This document shows, one piece after another, positions 14,408 to 26,043 of a DNA stretch of 64,000 bases. The notes under the pieces are model-generated. The model was given only the letters and a program-made list of their open reading frames with translations. It ran no database searches and was not told the origin of the DNA. Position 1 is the first letter of the stretch; each line of letters starts with the position of its first letter. The position numbers were made by a program, and so were the translations under genes. This DNA is from Auanema rhodensis (Eukaryota; Animalia; Nematoda). The DNA lies in NCBI GenBank assembly GCA_964057225.1, contig OZ059897.1:15748001-15812000 (forward strand), given 5' to 3'.

Positions 14408-16489
14408 GTTATGTAATTTAGATTACAAACCAAAAAAAAACTTAAAAGCCTAATGATTATTTAATAATAATATTAATAATAATTTAAAAATTATCATTGT
14501 TTTTTTAAATGTTATTTTGTTTATTTTATTTTTATGTATATTATATAATTACTATGTATACTTCTTATTATTTTTAATGTTTTTAATTTGTTTTTTTTCT
14601 TTGAATTATATATTTATTCAGAGAAAAGACAAATTTCATAAACAAAACAAATCCTTCTTCGTTATCACTTGTATCATTATCATTACGTGTATTCATATCA
14701 TATGATATCATGCTCAAGTTTGTTTATATGGGTTTTATTCATAATAGTTAACTTATGTTAATTAAAAAATAATAAAGCTTTTTTTTATAAATCTAATAAA
14801 TATCTTATATCACCCAGAATATATGAATAAAGAAAATAAAACAATAATTAATCTATTTTCTGTCTATATTATACATATAAACTTCTTTATTATACTTAAA
14901 ACTTATAAATAAAAATCAAAACTGAAACTATGTTAATTATTCTATTAACATATATATTATAATAATAAAAAAAATAATTTAATAACTAGTTGAATATAAA
15001 ATTAAACTTTCACTTAACTTTACTTTCAAAATGTCTCTTCATTGTTCATCAAAATATAGTACGAATTGTTCTTAATTACACACAAAAATGCAACCATAAA
15101 GTTTAAAATTGTCATTGAAAAATGAAATAAAACTTCCGCAATTTGTTTTGTTATGTTAATTCCACGTATTTCACGTGGATATTTCAAATTTCAACAATAT
15201 CTCTAATAATGTAAAAGTCATATGTTGGGTCATGTTTGAATATTACTAGCCCAATCACAAAATATCAGATGACGGACATTTGATTTGACATCTTTATTTG
15301 GAATTCAAAAATCTTTTTTCTTCAATTTTAAATAATAATGAAAAGAGAATATTAATGAGATAAAATTAATGAATATTATGTTGAAAATCTTTTTTTTGTT
15401 TTCAACAAAACGGATATAGTAATATAAAGCTTTCTAAAATATATATCATCATTTTTATAATTTAATATATTTCATATTTAATCTTTTTTAAAGTTATAAC
15501 TTGATTTTTATATGAAAATACAAAAGATTTAGCTAGTTCTTTGTTCAGTTTTCAAAGAAATTTTCTCACAGTTGGACTCATTTCAGGTAGAACACCAGTT
15601 AGTAGATAGCTTTCAGACATCTATTGAACTAATTTGATGAGACGTCTAAATAGATGGTTAAGAATGAAACTATTATATGATTTGAATGAGGTATAAATAG
15701 GTTTATAAAATGTTATAATTTCAACAAAGTTTATTCTATATACCCCCTCTCTCTCTTTCTCTTTTTATTTAAAAAAAAAGATATATGAACATACATGTAT
15801 GTATAACTATAATATCATTTATTTCTAGTTTGTTTATATTATAATCCAAATTGTTTTTTTTTCTTTCAAAAGTTATTCGTCATATGTCATTATTTAACAC
15901 CCACTAACTTCATTAAATATATGCTTGTAACAGGAACTAACATCTACTGCAATTAACTTCGATATTAAAATTGAAATTCTCATAATTATCTTTCTATTTG
16001 TCATGTAAGCCGATACTCCTCATCGTTATAAATCACAAAGTGTGTTGTGATATTCAGAATCTTATTGTCTTGTAACAAGAGTAAGAGAGCAATTACAGCA
16101 AAAGTCATGAACTTAATTCATTTTCACTCATATGACTTCATCATTCTTTTTCCTGTCTTTTTCAATCTTTTCCTTCTCTCTCTCCCTCTTTTGGAATCTC
16201 TATCAGTAACACTTCACTTTTTCATTTCAACTACGTACACAGATTTCCTTTCGAAGATCTCAAATTCAATCATGTTCATTACTTATTATATAGCTTGTGA
16301 CCAATTAAGCTTCATCTAATTAAAAATCAAATAAAACATATAATTTCATTCAAAATTTCATATACTCTTCCTTTCATATTGTATATTTATTTTAACAGAA
16401 TTTTACTATACATATATAATATAGGGATAAAGAATAATCTTTAAAAGAAAATCTTTTTTTATAAAATTAAAAAATATTAAAAGAATAAA

Positions 16490-16500
16490 TTTATTTATAG
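16490..16500 (+). promoter_or_regulatory. Candidate trans-splice acceptor of the collagen gene
   Basis: TTTATAG ends at 16500, 11 nt before the ATG, after an AT-rich outron-like stretch. Confidence 0.4.
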
Positions 16501-16511
16501 GAAACTACAGT

Positions 16512-18304
16512 ATGCTTCGTAAGACTATGCTACAATGGTTGAATGCGGCGTTTGTTTTATCACTCATCACCTTTTCAATATTTATTCTGGCTATACCATT
16601 CTTCATAACAGAACTCAATTCTTTAGAACTTGAACTTGAACTTGAAATTCAAGAAACAACTGTATGAAAACCTGTAAAATTCTCTGAATTTCATTTTTTA
16701 ATTTAAGAAGTTAGTTGATCGTTTATGGTCAGAAATATCGAATAGAAATACGAATCGGTATCCTCGTTCAACATATGATGAAACTGCTGATAATATGTTT
16801 AAAGCTTTAACTGTTATTATAAACTTTTAGTTGATTGTAGAAAATCATATGTAGGACCACCGTCATACTCAGATGCAAAACCACCAAGTTTACCGTATAC
16901 TATACCCAAATATGGATATGGCTATCGAAAACTTAAGTGTATATAATACAATACATTCAAATAAAATATAAAATTGATCAAACTTAGGTTGCTGTTCAAT
17001 AGACGGATATGTTTCAACTAACTTACCTACGTCCTATAAGTGTCCAGCTGGACCTCCAGGACCACGGGGTAGAAAAGGGTTTGAACTTTGAAAGCTTACA
17101 TGAAATGTTAATTTGATGCATGTTTAGATATTCTGGTGAAGATGGAACACCTGGACAACCAGGGCTGAATGGACAAAACTTCTTTGCCACCGTGCCTAAT
17201 TCATATTCATATGAACGTCCACCTGCACCTCCAATTCCTTGTGCTCCTTGTCCATGTGGTCCACCAGGACCTCCCGGACCTCCTGGTACACTGAAAGCAT
17301 AATTGAACTCATGGTTCGTTGTGTCGTTTAGGAGCAATGGGCTTACAAGGTAGAAAGGGTGTTCGAGGAGCTTGTGGCATTCCAGGATTTCATGGAAAGC
17401 CGGGAGAGTATGGTGAGCCAGGAGATTTAGGAAAACGTGGTAGGCGTGGAGTTCCGGGTTACAAGGTAGAGCTATAAGCTTATATGAAGACAGAACCAAT
17501 GTTTCAGGGTACACCAGGATCTGATGGAGTTTTGGCCTGCAAGGGAGCTCCAGGCTTACCTGGCGTGCCAGGGCCATCAGGAGGTTTTTACTCATTTTTC
17601 AATGTTATTAATTACAAGTGAAAATAATTAGCATGTGGACCACGAGGTGTAGAAGGTAGTCCCGGCGAATTTGGATTACCTGGTCCTGCTGGAGCATGTG
17701 GAATGCCAGGTCCAGCTGTAATATATACCGAAGCTACTTAGAGGTAAACATTTTGTTTTCAGGGAATGCCTGGAGTCAACGGTATTGATGGTCCACCAGG
17801 GCGAGAAGGAAAGCCCGGAAGAGATGCAGAGTACTGTTCATGTCCACCAAAAGAGCATTCTATAAATATCCAGCCAGTAGCATCACTACAAAAGCCTGAA
17901 AAAGTTTAAAAAAATAAAAATAAAATGAGTAAATAAAAATAAATTAAGGCATCAACAATATATACAGGCGGTGATGTATCAGTAGCAATACCACCCAGAC
18001 CTACTTATGTGAGAATTTGAAAAGATTTTATATTATTCATCATACTTGTTTAGACAACAATAAGTCCAGATCATTCCTCTTCTCCAAGTTCAGCTTATCG
18101 TCAACAAAATCAACAACGACTGAAACGAATTAAAGAAACATTACAGTAAGATTAATTAAAATTAAATTATTAAAATTACATTTATTCAGAACAAGATTCA
18201 TTGATTGGCCAACACGTAACTTCAATAATATAATGATGAAGCATAATGAAAAAGATTATGGATTGGAAAGAAATTTACCAGGAGAAAGAAAACATTTATA
18301 TTAA
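16512..18304 (+). CDS. Nematode cuticle collagen, 429 aa, 12 exons
   Basis: Exons 16512-16661, 16708-16796, 16841-16938, 16988-17078, 17128-17285, 17332-17465, 17508-17583, 17632-17717, 17763-17903, 17949-18008, 18054-18145 and 18190-18304 total 1290 nt. The protein has an N-terminal TM segment (AAFVLSLITFSIFILAIPFF), an RYPR convertase site, a Cys cluster (KCCCS...KCPAGPPG), interrupted Gly-X-Y blocks with PCAPCPCGPPG, and a terminal DAEYCSCP motif. Confidence 0.93.
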
Positions 18305-18326
18305 TTTTTCTTTAAATTAAATAATA

Positions 18327-18332
18327 TTTATT
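18327..18332 (-). terminator. Candidate polyadenylation signal of the minus-strand gene
   Basis: TTTATT on the plus strand (AATAAA on minus) lies about 45 nt past the stop at 18376. Confidence 0.4.
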
Positions 18333-18364
18333 CTTTTAAATCATTTTTAACTATTTTTTTGTCA

Positions 18365-18370
18365 AATAAA
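18365..18370 (+). terminator. Candidate polyadenylation signal (AATAAA) of the collagen
   Basis: This is the first AATAAA after the stop at 18304. In AT-rich DNA a chance match is likely. Confidence 0.4.
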
Positions 18371-18375
18371 ATCAA

Positions 18376-20226
18376 TTACATAGCTCGTAATAAATTTTTT
18401 GGATTATACACTGCAGTACGAAATATTTCAAGTTTTCTATCATACATAATGAAATATCCTTTGTACATATCAGCAAATGGTTTAACCACACAATCAAGAT
18501 TAAATTCATTTTTTATTGATTGATCCTAAAATATAAAAATTAACAATTTTTTTTTTAAATTATTAAAAAATAAATATTTTAATACCTTACAAACATATTC
18601 ATTGTTTTTTACATCATAATATATTGGATTTGTTAGTAAAACTGAAATTTTTGTATCAAAAATTAATGAAAAATGAAAATAAAACATACAATCTTTCTCT
18701 GATAGATCCTTGTAAATATAATTTACAAGTATAGATAGTAATCCTTCCATTCCTCCAGTTTCTTCAAAAATTCCAGCAATAAATTCAGGCTTAATTATTT
18801 TATATAAATATATATAAATTATAATATGAAAAAATAAAATAATTTAAAATACTACAAACCTTACTATCGCCATCCACTAACATTATTGTATTACACATAC
18901 TAACTACAGGTGTTTCAATCTGAATTAACTCATAATTCATATAATTATACCATAAAATGAATGGTATTTCTTTAAAACCTTCCTAAATTTTTTAAAATAT
19001 TTTTATAATTATATTAAAATTATTTTTATTACCATTTCTTCACTTGTATATGATATTTTTCTCAAACTTTGTGATATCAAAAGTGGAGCTAAATCATGAG
19101 ATTTTGCTAATTTATCTGAAAAATAATGAAAAATAATTTTAATAAAAATAAAAATAATTACCAGTAATAGAAGTAAAAGCTTCATATATAATGTTTAGAA
19201 GTTTTTGATCGCAAGTAACTAATGTCTTATTAACTTTTTTATTAAAATTAAAGCTAAAAAAATAGTTTTAAGTTTTAATTTATAAAAATAAAAAACATAC
19301 TTTACTGTAAAATGTTTTTTTAATCTCATATATTTATATTCTTTGTAAGTGTTATAGATGAAAACAGTTTCCTTATTCATGATGTGTTTCAATTTTTGAT
19401 CGATCTCTAAGCACGATTCTACATCATCTGTTATTGCATCTTTTGATGTTCCATAATTATATCTGAAAAATAAAAACAAATAAAATTATTTTTATTGAAA
19501 TTCTACATTTGTTTAGATATACAAGTATCATTTTCTCCAATTGTAACAATACTTCGATATTGTTCATATAAATGTTCATGAAATATTTCCTAATTTTTAA
19601 AAAATTATATTATTTTTTGATTATTCTTTAATCAAACCGGTTTTTTAAACATTTCTTGTGGTTTCTTTGTAATTAAACAATGAGTTAAAAGTATAAATGC
19701 TGCAAATGAAAAGAATATTCCAACAGCTTGCATTCTAAAATTATATTAATTATATGTATAGTTATCTAATAATTAATATTAAATATATATAAAAATATAT
19801 ATGTATATATAATATAATACCGAACAGCAAGAGCATCTTCACGAACTAATCGTAAACGATCTAGAAATATTTATTCAAAGTACTTAATCAAATTAACTTA
19901 CTCGCTTTTTTTCTAGCAAACTTTTTGATTAATTCTATTAATTAACAAATATCAAATAAAATATTATTAATTATATAATACCATCAGATTCGTGTTGTTT
20001 CTTCTTTTGTAATTGTGTTTCATCTATAATTTGAAGAAAAAAAAAGTTTCTTATATCATATAAATGAATTTATATTAACCTTCAACTGTTAATTCATCTT
20101 TCCTTAATAATGTTTCTGCTTCTTGTACTATAATTCTCTGTTTAATATACACATATAATAAATTAAATAAATAAATAAACATATATATATATATATATAA
20201 TTAGTATAAATACCTGTGTCAGGCAT
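18376..20226 (-). CDS. Uncharacterised single-pass (type II-like) membrane protein, 362 aa, 14 exons
   Basis: Minus-strand exons 20226-20214, 20127-20080, 20023-19982, 19934-19902, 19860-19821, 19734-19638, 19589-19507, 19462-19306, 19225-19162, 19115-19033, 18982-18860, 18789-18690, 18641-18586 and 18525-18376 join through 13 short GT-AG introns into one 1089-nt open frame (MPDTVQEAETLLRK...AVYNPKNLLRAM*). A charged N-terminus is followed by a hydrophobic stretch (AVGIFFSFAAFILLTHCLI). I recognise no family. Confidence 0.8.
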
Positions 20227-20243
20227 AATTATTGAAGAATAAA

Positions 20244-20268
20244 CTGTTATAAACACAGAACAACAAAT
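20244..20268 (-). promoter_or_regulatory. Candidate trans-splice acceptor of the minus-strand membrane-protein gene
   Basis: The minus strand reads TTTGTTGTTCTGTGTTTATAACAG, ending 17 nt before the ATG at 20226. Confidence 0.4.
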
Positions 20269-23240
20269 TAATTACAATCCACGTGTCTAATTAGAATGAA
20301 GTTTGTGTATAAGAGCTTAACATCAACTTGAGTTTGAGTTAAAATTCTTTTATATTATGCTAATTTCAAAAATATTTTTTGTCTTACAAAGCACTAAGCT
20401 CTTATTAAAAACTTTATTTGTATGTGTATACAATGCAAATTGAATTAACTCATCATAATTATTATAAATAAATTGTTTTTTATTATATTTATTATTAAAA
20501 TATTCAATTGTTTTCTCAAAATTACACACAATTTTTAAATTTTCGTTGAATTTTATCAATAACGAAATATATCGAAAAAGAAGATATTAAAATGATTTTT
20601 TTTATCTTTTACATTTGTCTTTATCAATTATATTTTTCTAGTACCTAAGATAAACCTGGCAAGACCTCAAGATAGACATATTTCTTGTTCCAATATGAGG
20701 TCAATTTTACCTTCAAGCTATTTCAACAATATTATTTTATTTTTGATTTATTTATTTTTAAATATTAAAACAATAAAATATAATTATATATAGTTATATA
20801 TAATTATAATAATATATAATTAAGATGTGATATATAAACATATATATATACTATATATACTATATAGTATATGTTATAATCATATAATATTTTATATTTT
20901 GAATGAATCTAATGTTTATATATATATTAGACAAAACTTATACAATTCTTCTTTCACAAATTCTTATATTCATATCGTTTTATTCCTTTTTCAACATTTC
21001 TTTTTTTTTCTTTTTCTTTTTGTTCTCTTCAAATATACATATTATCTATGTTTCTTTTCCGATTCAAATACTTTTCATTTCTTTCTTTCTCAATGTGTCC
21101 TCTTCTGAAAAAAAACTTTTTTTCACAAAATATGTCCTGAGACTAAAAATTTTGTTCTTTTGTTCGTAGGTATCTCTTAAAACTTATCTTCATAATCTTT
21201 TTTTTTTTAATTTTTTGGAAACGATACCGTACACCACCGGATGAAACCTGTTTGCTTAGGAATCATGGCTTACTCAATAGTTTGCACAATCATCAAAATC
21301 AGTTGAACCTATTTAACAGATTAATTCAATTAAGCTTTTATATTTTAGTTTTCTTATGATTTCACAGATGAATTGTTTAGTTAGAGTGCAAATAAAGCAT
21401 ATTCTTTGGTTTTCACATTTTCGTGGAATTAGAACATCTTGAACGTCGGACGTCGTTCACATGCTGTTCATTTCTCCACCCATCTCATCATTTGTATTTC
21501 AGTTTTTATCTTATTTCAATTATCTATTGATAATATACTTATACATATAAGACTGAGATCAGTATTTTTCAAAATTTGTGTGAGAAGTTCATTGACTGTG
21601 TGTGTGTGTGTACTTATCGCCTCCAATTCTCTTATATACTTTACTAAATTTATAATAAACTATATATTTAGTAAAATACTCTAATCCATGGTGGTTATTT
21701 AAACCCGAACGGCATTATACTCCGGAAGTTTCTAGAGCAATCACATTCTAGTGCTTTACCACATAATTTTAGTATAAACTTGATGATGTTAGGTAGTGCA
21801 TATGCTTTTATAATCTGAAACTACGGTGAATGATCACAATCTTTCAAGTTCTTTAATCTACATGCACAAAACCCAGGACTTTAAGGGAGTTTTCAGAACT
21901 TTAAATTCAGTCTTCTGAACCATTCGAGCCATTTCCGTCATTTAAGTGGTTCAGTAAGGTTTCCTGTCTCGCTTCTCATAGCATTTTTCGTTTCAAAATG
22001 TTCTCAAAGTACCTATGTACGTCATACTATGAATTTTTATTGTAAAACCTGATTTTGAAGATTATTTTTAGTAAAGAATTTTATTTAATATCGTTAGACT
22101 AATATGAACTTAAAATATTTTTTTTAATTTTTAAAATTAATGATGTCATCTTCATTATTATTATTATTAACATAGTTACAGACATACTATATACAAAATT
22201 TGTGTCTTTTTATACGAAAATTTTATTTCCGCTTTTCTTTAACTATGAATGCCAGGTCAATCAGTTCAAATCATCCATTATAATCTTCAATTTTGAATAA
22301 TTTTCAATTGAAAATGCTCATTCATCATTTTTTTTCCATCGATATATGTGAAATTATTTTTTAAACTTCATTTTATATGTAAAATAATATTAAAAAATCA
22401 TTTAATCTGATAGCTTATACTATGAGTGATGATGATACAAATTTTGCAAAAAAAGAAATATATATTCATTCAATTAATCGAAAAACTATTGCTTTCTCTA
22501 ACTCTTTTTTTACTTTTTAACATTCTTTTCCTTTAAATCATTTTGGAAATAAATTCTATAAAAGTGTTCATTCTTGTTCTTTAATATCCTAAAAGTTTCT
22601 AAGTTTTAAAATATTTACTTTTATATAAAATTTGAATAAAAATAAATAAATTTTCATATAAATATCAATAAATAGAATTGTAAATAGAGAAACAATATCA
22701 AAAGATAATTGTTGTAGTATGATATAAGATTCTTTCTAATTTCTTCAATTATAAAAAAAATTAATTCAATTAAAAATATTATTTTGCAAACTTTAAAGTT
22801 ACAAAGTTCAAATATAAAACTTGATAATATTATCAGAATGTCTGTATTGTACATGAAATGCTATTTATCATTTGAAACTGAGATCAAAATGTCAAATTCC
22901 TTATAGTTTTTCATATGATTTACTTCCAAAAATGTTTTCTTTCTCTTTTATTATAATTATGTACTTAATATCTAATCTATTTGGAAAACTTTTTTAATTT
23001 TAATTTCTTATCTTATATTCTAAAATATTCTTTCAATATGATATTCTTATCAATCAAACCTTGCTCTACGTGACCTACTATTGAAAGCTTTATTGAGCTC
23101 ATTCATTCATTTATTAAGTTACTGACCTACACAAACATATTCATCTAATTCATCAGAATTTATATCTGATCCTTGAATTATCATCTAAACAGATCGTACA
23201 ATAATCCTTTACACTACATAATCTCTGTTGTAAAGAGAAA

Positions 23241-26043
23241 ATGACATTACTTCATAAACATTCAAAAACATACAATACGTTTTCTACTTCTCAGTTCTTT
23301 GACGAATTTCCCACATCATCACCAAGCTGGATCGACAAAATGTTTGCTCCAAAAGGACGATTGGCTGCTTGTTTAACTTTATTTATATTTATTGGGATAA
23401 CAATCAATTGGCCTGTAAGTTATTTAATTCAATTATTTTATTAGAAAAAAGAAATCAATAAAATAATGATTAGATATACAAATATAAAAAAATGTAACAA
23501 TCTATTCATATCATATCAATTTTTAAAAATGAAATTTCGAAATTATAATTATTTCTAAAATAAAATATATTTTATAAATTAAAAATTTTGTATTTTTTAG
23601 GATGGATATACAAACTCTTATCCAAATACATCAGAAGCCAGTTTTCGTGAATTTATTAATGAAAGCTATGTTGATCGTGGAGTAAGATCAGCTATTAACC
23701 TATATTGTGTATATAATATCATAATTTAGGTATGGTTATCAGAATCAACATATTCTATTCTATGGTCAATTACGTTAAATTCATGGTTTATGGGATACTT
23801 ACTTGGAACCTTCATCACACCATATTGTGTCGAGAAAACAGGACGAAAGTGTGAGAGCATTTTGACATTTCATTTATTTTTCCTTTAATTCTTTTTTTTT
23901 TAATTTTTAAACTAGAAAAAAAAAGTCGAGAAAGAGTATTAATTACAAAAGAGAAAAAGAAATTAAAATGAATTTAAAAAGATAAAAGAAATTTTATAAT
24001 TATTTAATATCAATATCATTCAATCAATTATTGAATGACGTTCGATCATACTTGTGCTAGATGTCCCCATGGAGTGGTTGTTGAAACATATTTTCAGGGT
24101 CCCTCATTTTTTCCTCCGCCATATCACTTGTCGGAGCTATTCTGAATTTGGTTTCTATCTTGGTGAACATTCCAGAAATCTTCTTAGTTGGACGATTGGT
24201 TGGATCAATTGGAAGTGGAATATCGTTTACTACACTCATCCTTTTCCTGCAGGTGTGCTTTCGACTTCCGATAAATGGAAAACGATATAACATAACGAAA
24301 TATGGCTAAGTCTCTCTTATTACTTTGCCAAAATTTTGTAAAGATTTTTGACTATTAGATTAATATTAACACTTTTACAACTAAAACATGAATACTTATA
24401 ATATGATTTTATCAATTTATTGATTTAAACTTATATATTTCAATTATTTTAATTAATTTTAGGAAGTTTCTCCAACACATTATCGAGGCATTTCATCATT
24501 CACATGTGAAACAGCTTTTCTCTTAAATACCGTACTCGGTATTTTCTGTGGTATGGATATAGCATTAGGAAAAAAGCTTCCTTTTTTGACAGGTAAAACG
24601 TTAATTTAATTTTTTAATTTAAAAAAATGATAATAATCAGTTTTTAATCTGCAAATAATCCTATAAGAAGAAACAAAGTTTAAAAGTTGAAAATAACAGA
24701 AAAAAAGGGGAACTAAGTGAGATGAACATGATAAAAAAAAATGATAAAAGATTATTAAAGAAAAGAAAGAAAAACGACAATTAGCTGATTAAAGATTATA
24801 TTTTTAGGATTATCTATAATTCCATCAATTATTGCTATTGTGATTCTAGTACCATTAAAGGAAACACCTAAATATTTACTTATTGTTAAAGGTGATCTTC
24901 AAAAGGCTACAGAATCTATCTTGTACTATCATGGTATTTCAAAACAAAAATAAATTTAAATTATTTGATGATATTTATAGGAAATACTGATGTTGATTCT
25001 GTTTTAAATGAAATTAAAAAAGAACAAGAAGAAGAATCTTCTGGGAATAAAAATTCTATTATGAAGGGAGTTGTTGAAATGTTTAAGGAGGCACATCTTC
25101 GTTCAGCTTTTATTCTTGGAATGGTCACATTAGAAGTATGTTATCTTTCAAATTATACTATTAACTATATTATTCATTTATATTTTTAGTTAATTTCAAG
25201 TTTCTGGCCAATTACTTACTTATCAACAATTTTCTTGGGTGATCTCTTCTCTTCATCTGTTGCTCAGAATATTTCTCTTTTGTTTATTGTTTCTAATTTT
25301 GTTGGATCGTTATTGGGGCTTTTGGTTGTGGAACGGTTAGTTATATCATATAAACTCTTATATATTTATATCATATATGTTTATAATAATCTTAATTTTT
25401 AGATTTGGACGTCGTCCTTTATTATTAATTCTTGGAATTATCAATACTCTTTCATTGGTTTTATATATGATCTGTGATCGTTTAACTCTAAGTCATAATG
25501 ATTTTAAATATGGAACGATAGTTGCTCTTGTCATCTATGGATTATCATATGGGTATAATATTATATATACTTTCATATAATATAATTTATAAAATATAAA
25601 TTTAAGAGTTGGATTAGGACCAATTGCATATTTCTTAACATCAGAATTAGTGCAACAACAACATCGTTCATTAATTCAATCTATTGTATATGCTTTTAAT
25701 GCTATATTAGGACTTATAATCTCAACTGCAACTTTACCACTTTATAATATTATGGGGGTAATTATAATTATTTTATCAATAACTATATATATTTTTCTTT
25801 TTTTAGGCATATTGCTTTATACCATTATTCATAATACCAAGTATTGTATGTCTTATATACTTATATTATTATTTACCAGAAACAAAAGATCGTGAAATTC
25901 ATGATATTGTACGGGGAATGATTGCAGGTATAACTAACTATTTATAAATAAATATATATATATTTATATTAATTATTTTATTTATTTTAGGTGAAAAGCC
26001 GAGAAAACCATCAAAAAATACGATCTCAGAAGATGATCTTTAA
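23241..26043 (+). CDS. MFS sugar-porter (GLUT/SLC2-like) transporter, 520 aa, 12 exons
   Basis: Exons 23241-23414, 23601-23681, 23730-23850, 24098-24252, 24463-24592, 24808-24933, 24981-25135, 25190-25335, 25403-25552, 25607-25757, 25807-25927 and 25991-26043 total 1563 nt. Sugar-porter signatures are EKTGRK, GRLVGSIGSG, QEVSPTHYRG, KETPKYLL, ERFGRRPLL, GLGPIAYFLTSEL and LPETK. Confidence 0.93.

Noticed and set aside
17023-17595. 190-aa minus-strand ORF, the longest in the track
   Set aside because: It is the antisense shadow of the GC-rich collagen Gly-X-Y exons, and the plus-strand spliced model explains the region.
24054-24293. Overlapping 78-aa ORFs on both strands
   Set aside because: They are off-frame and antisense readings of transporter exon 4 (24098-24252).
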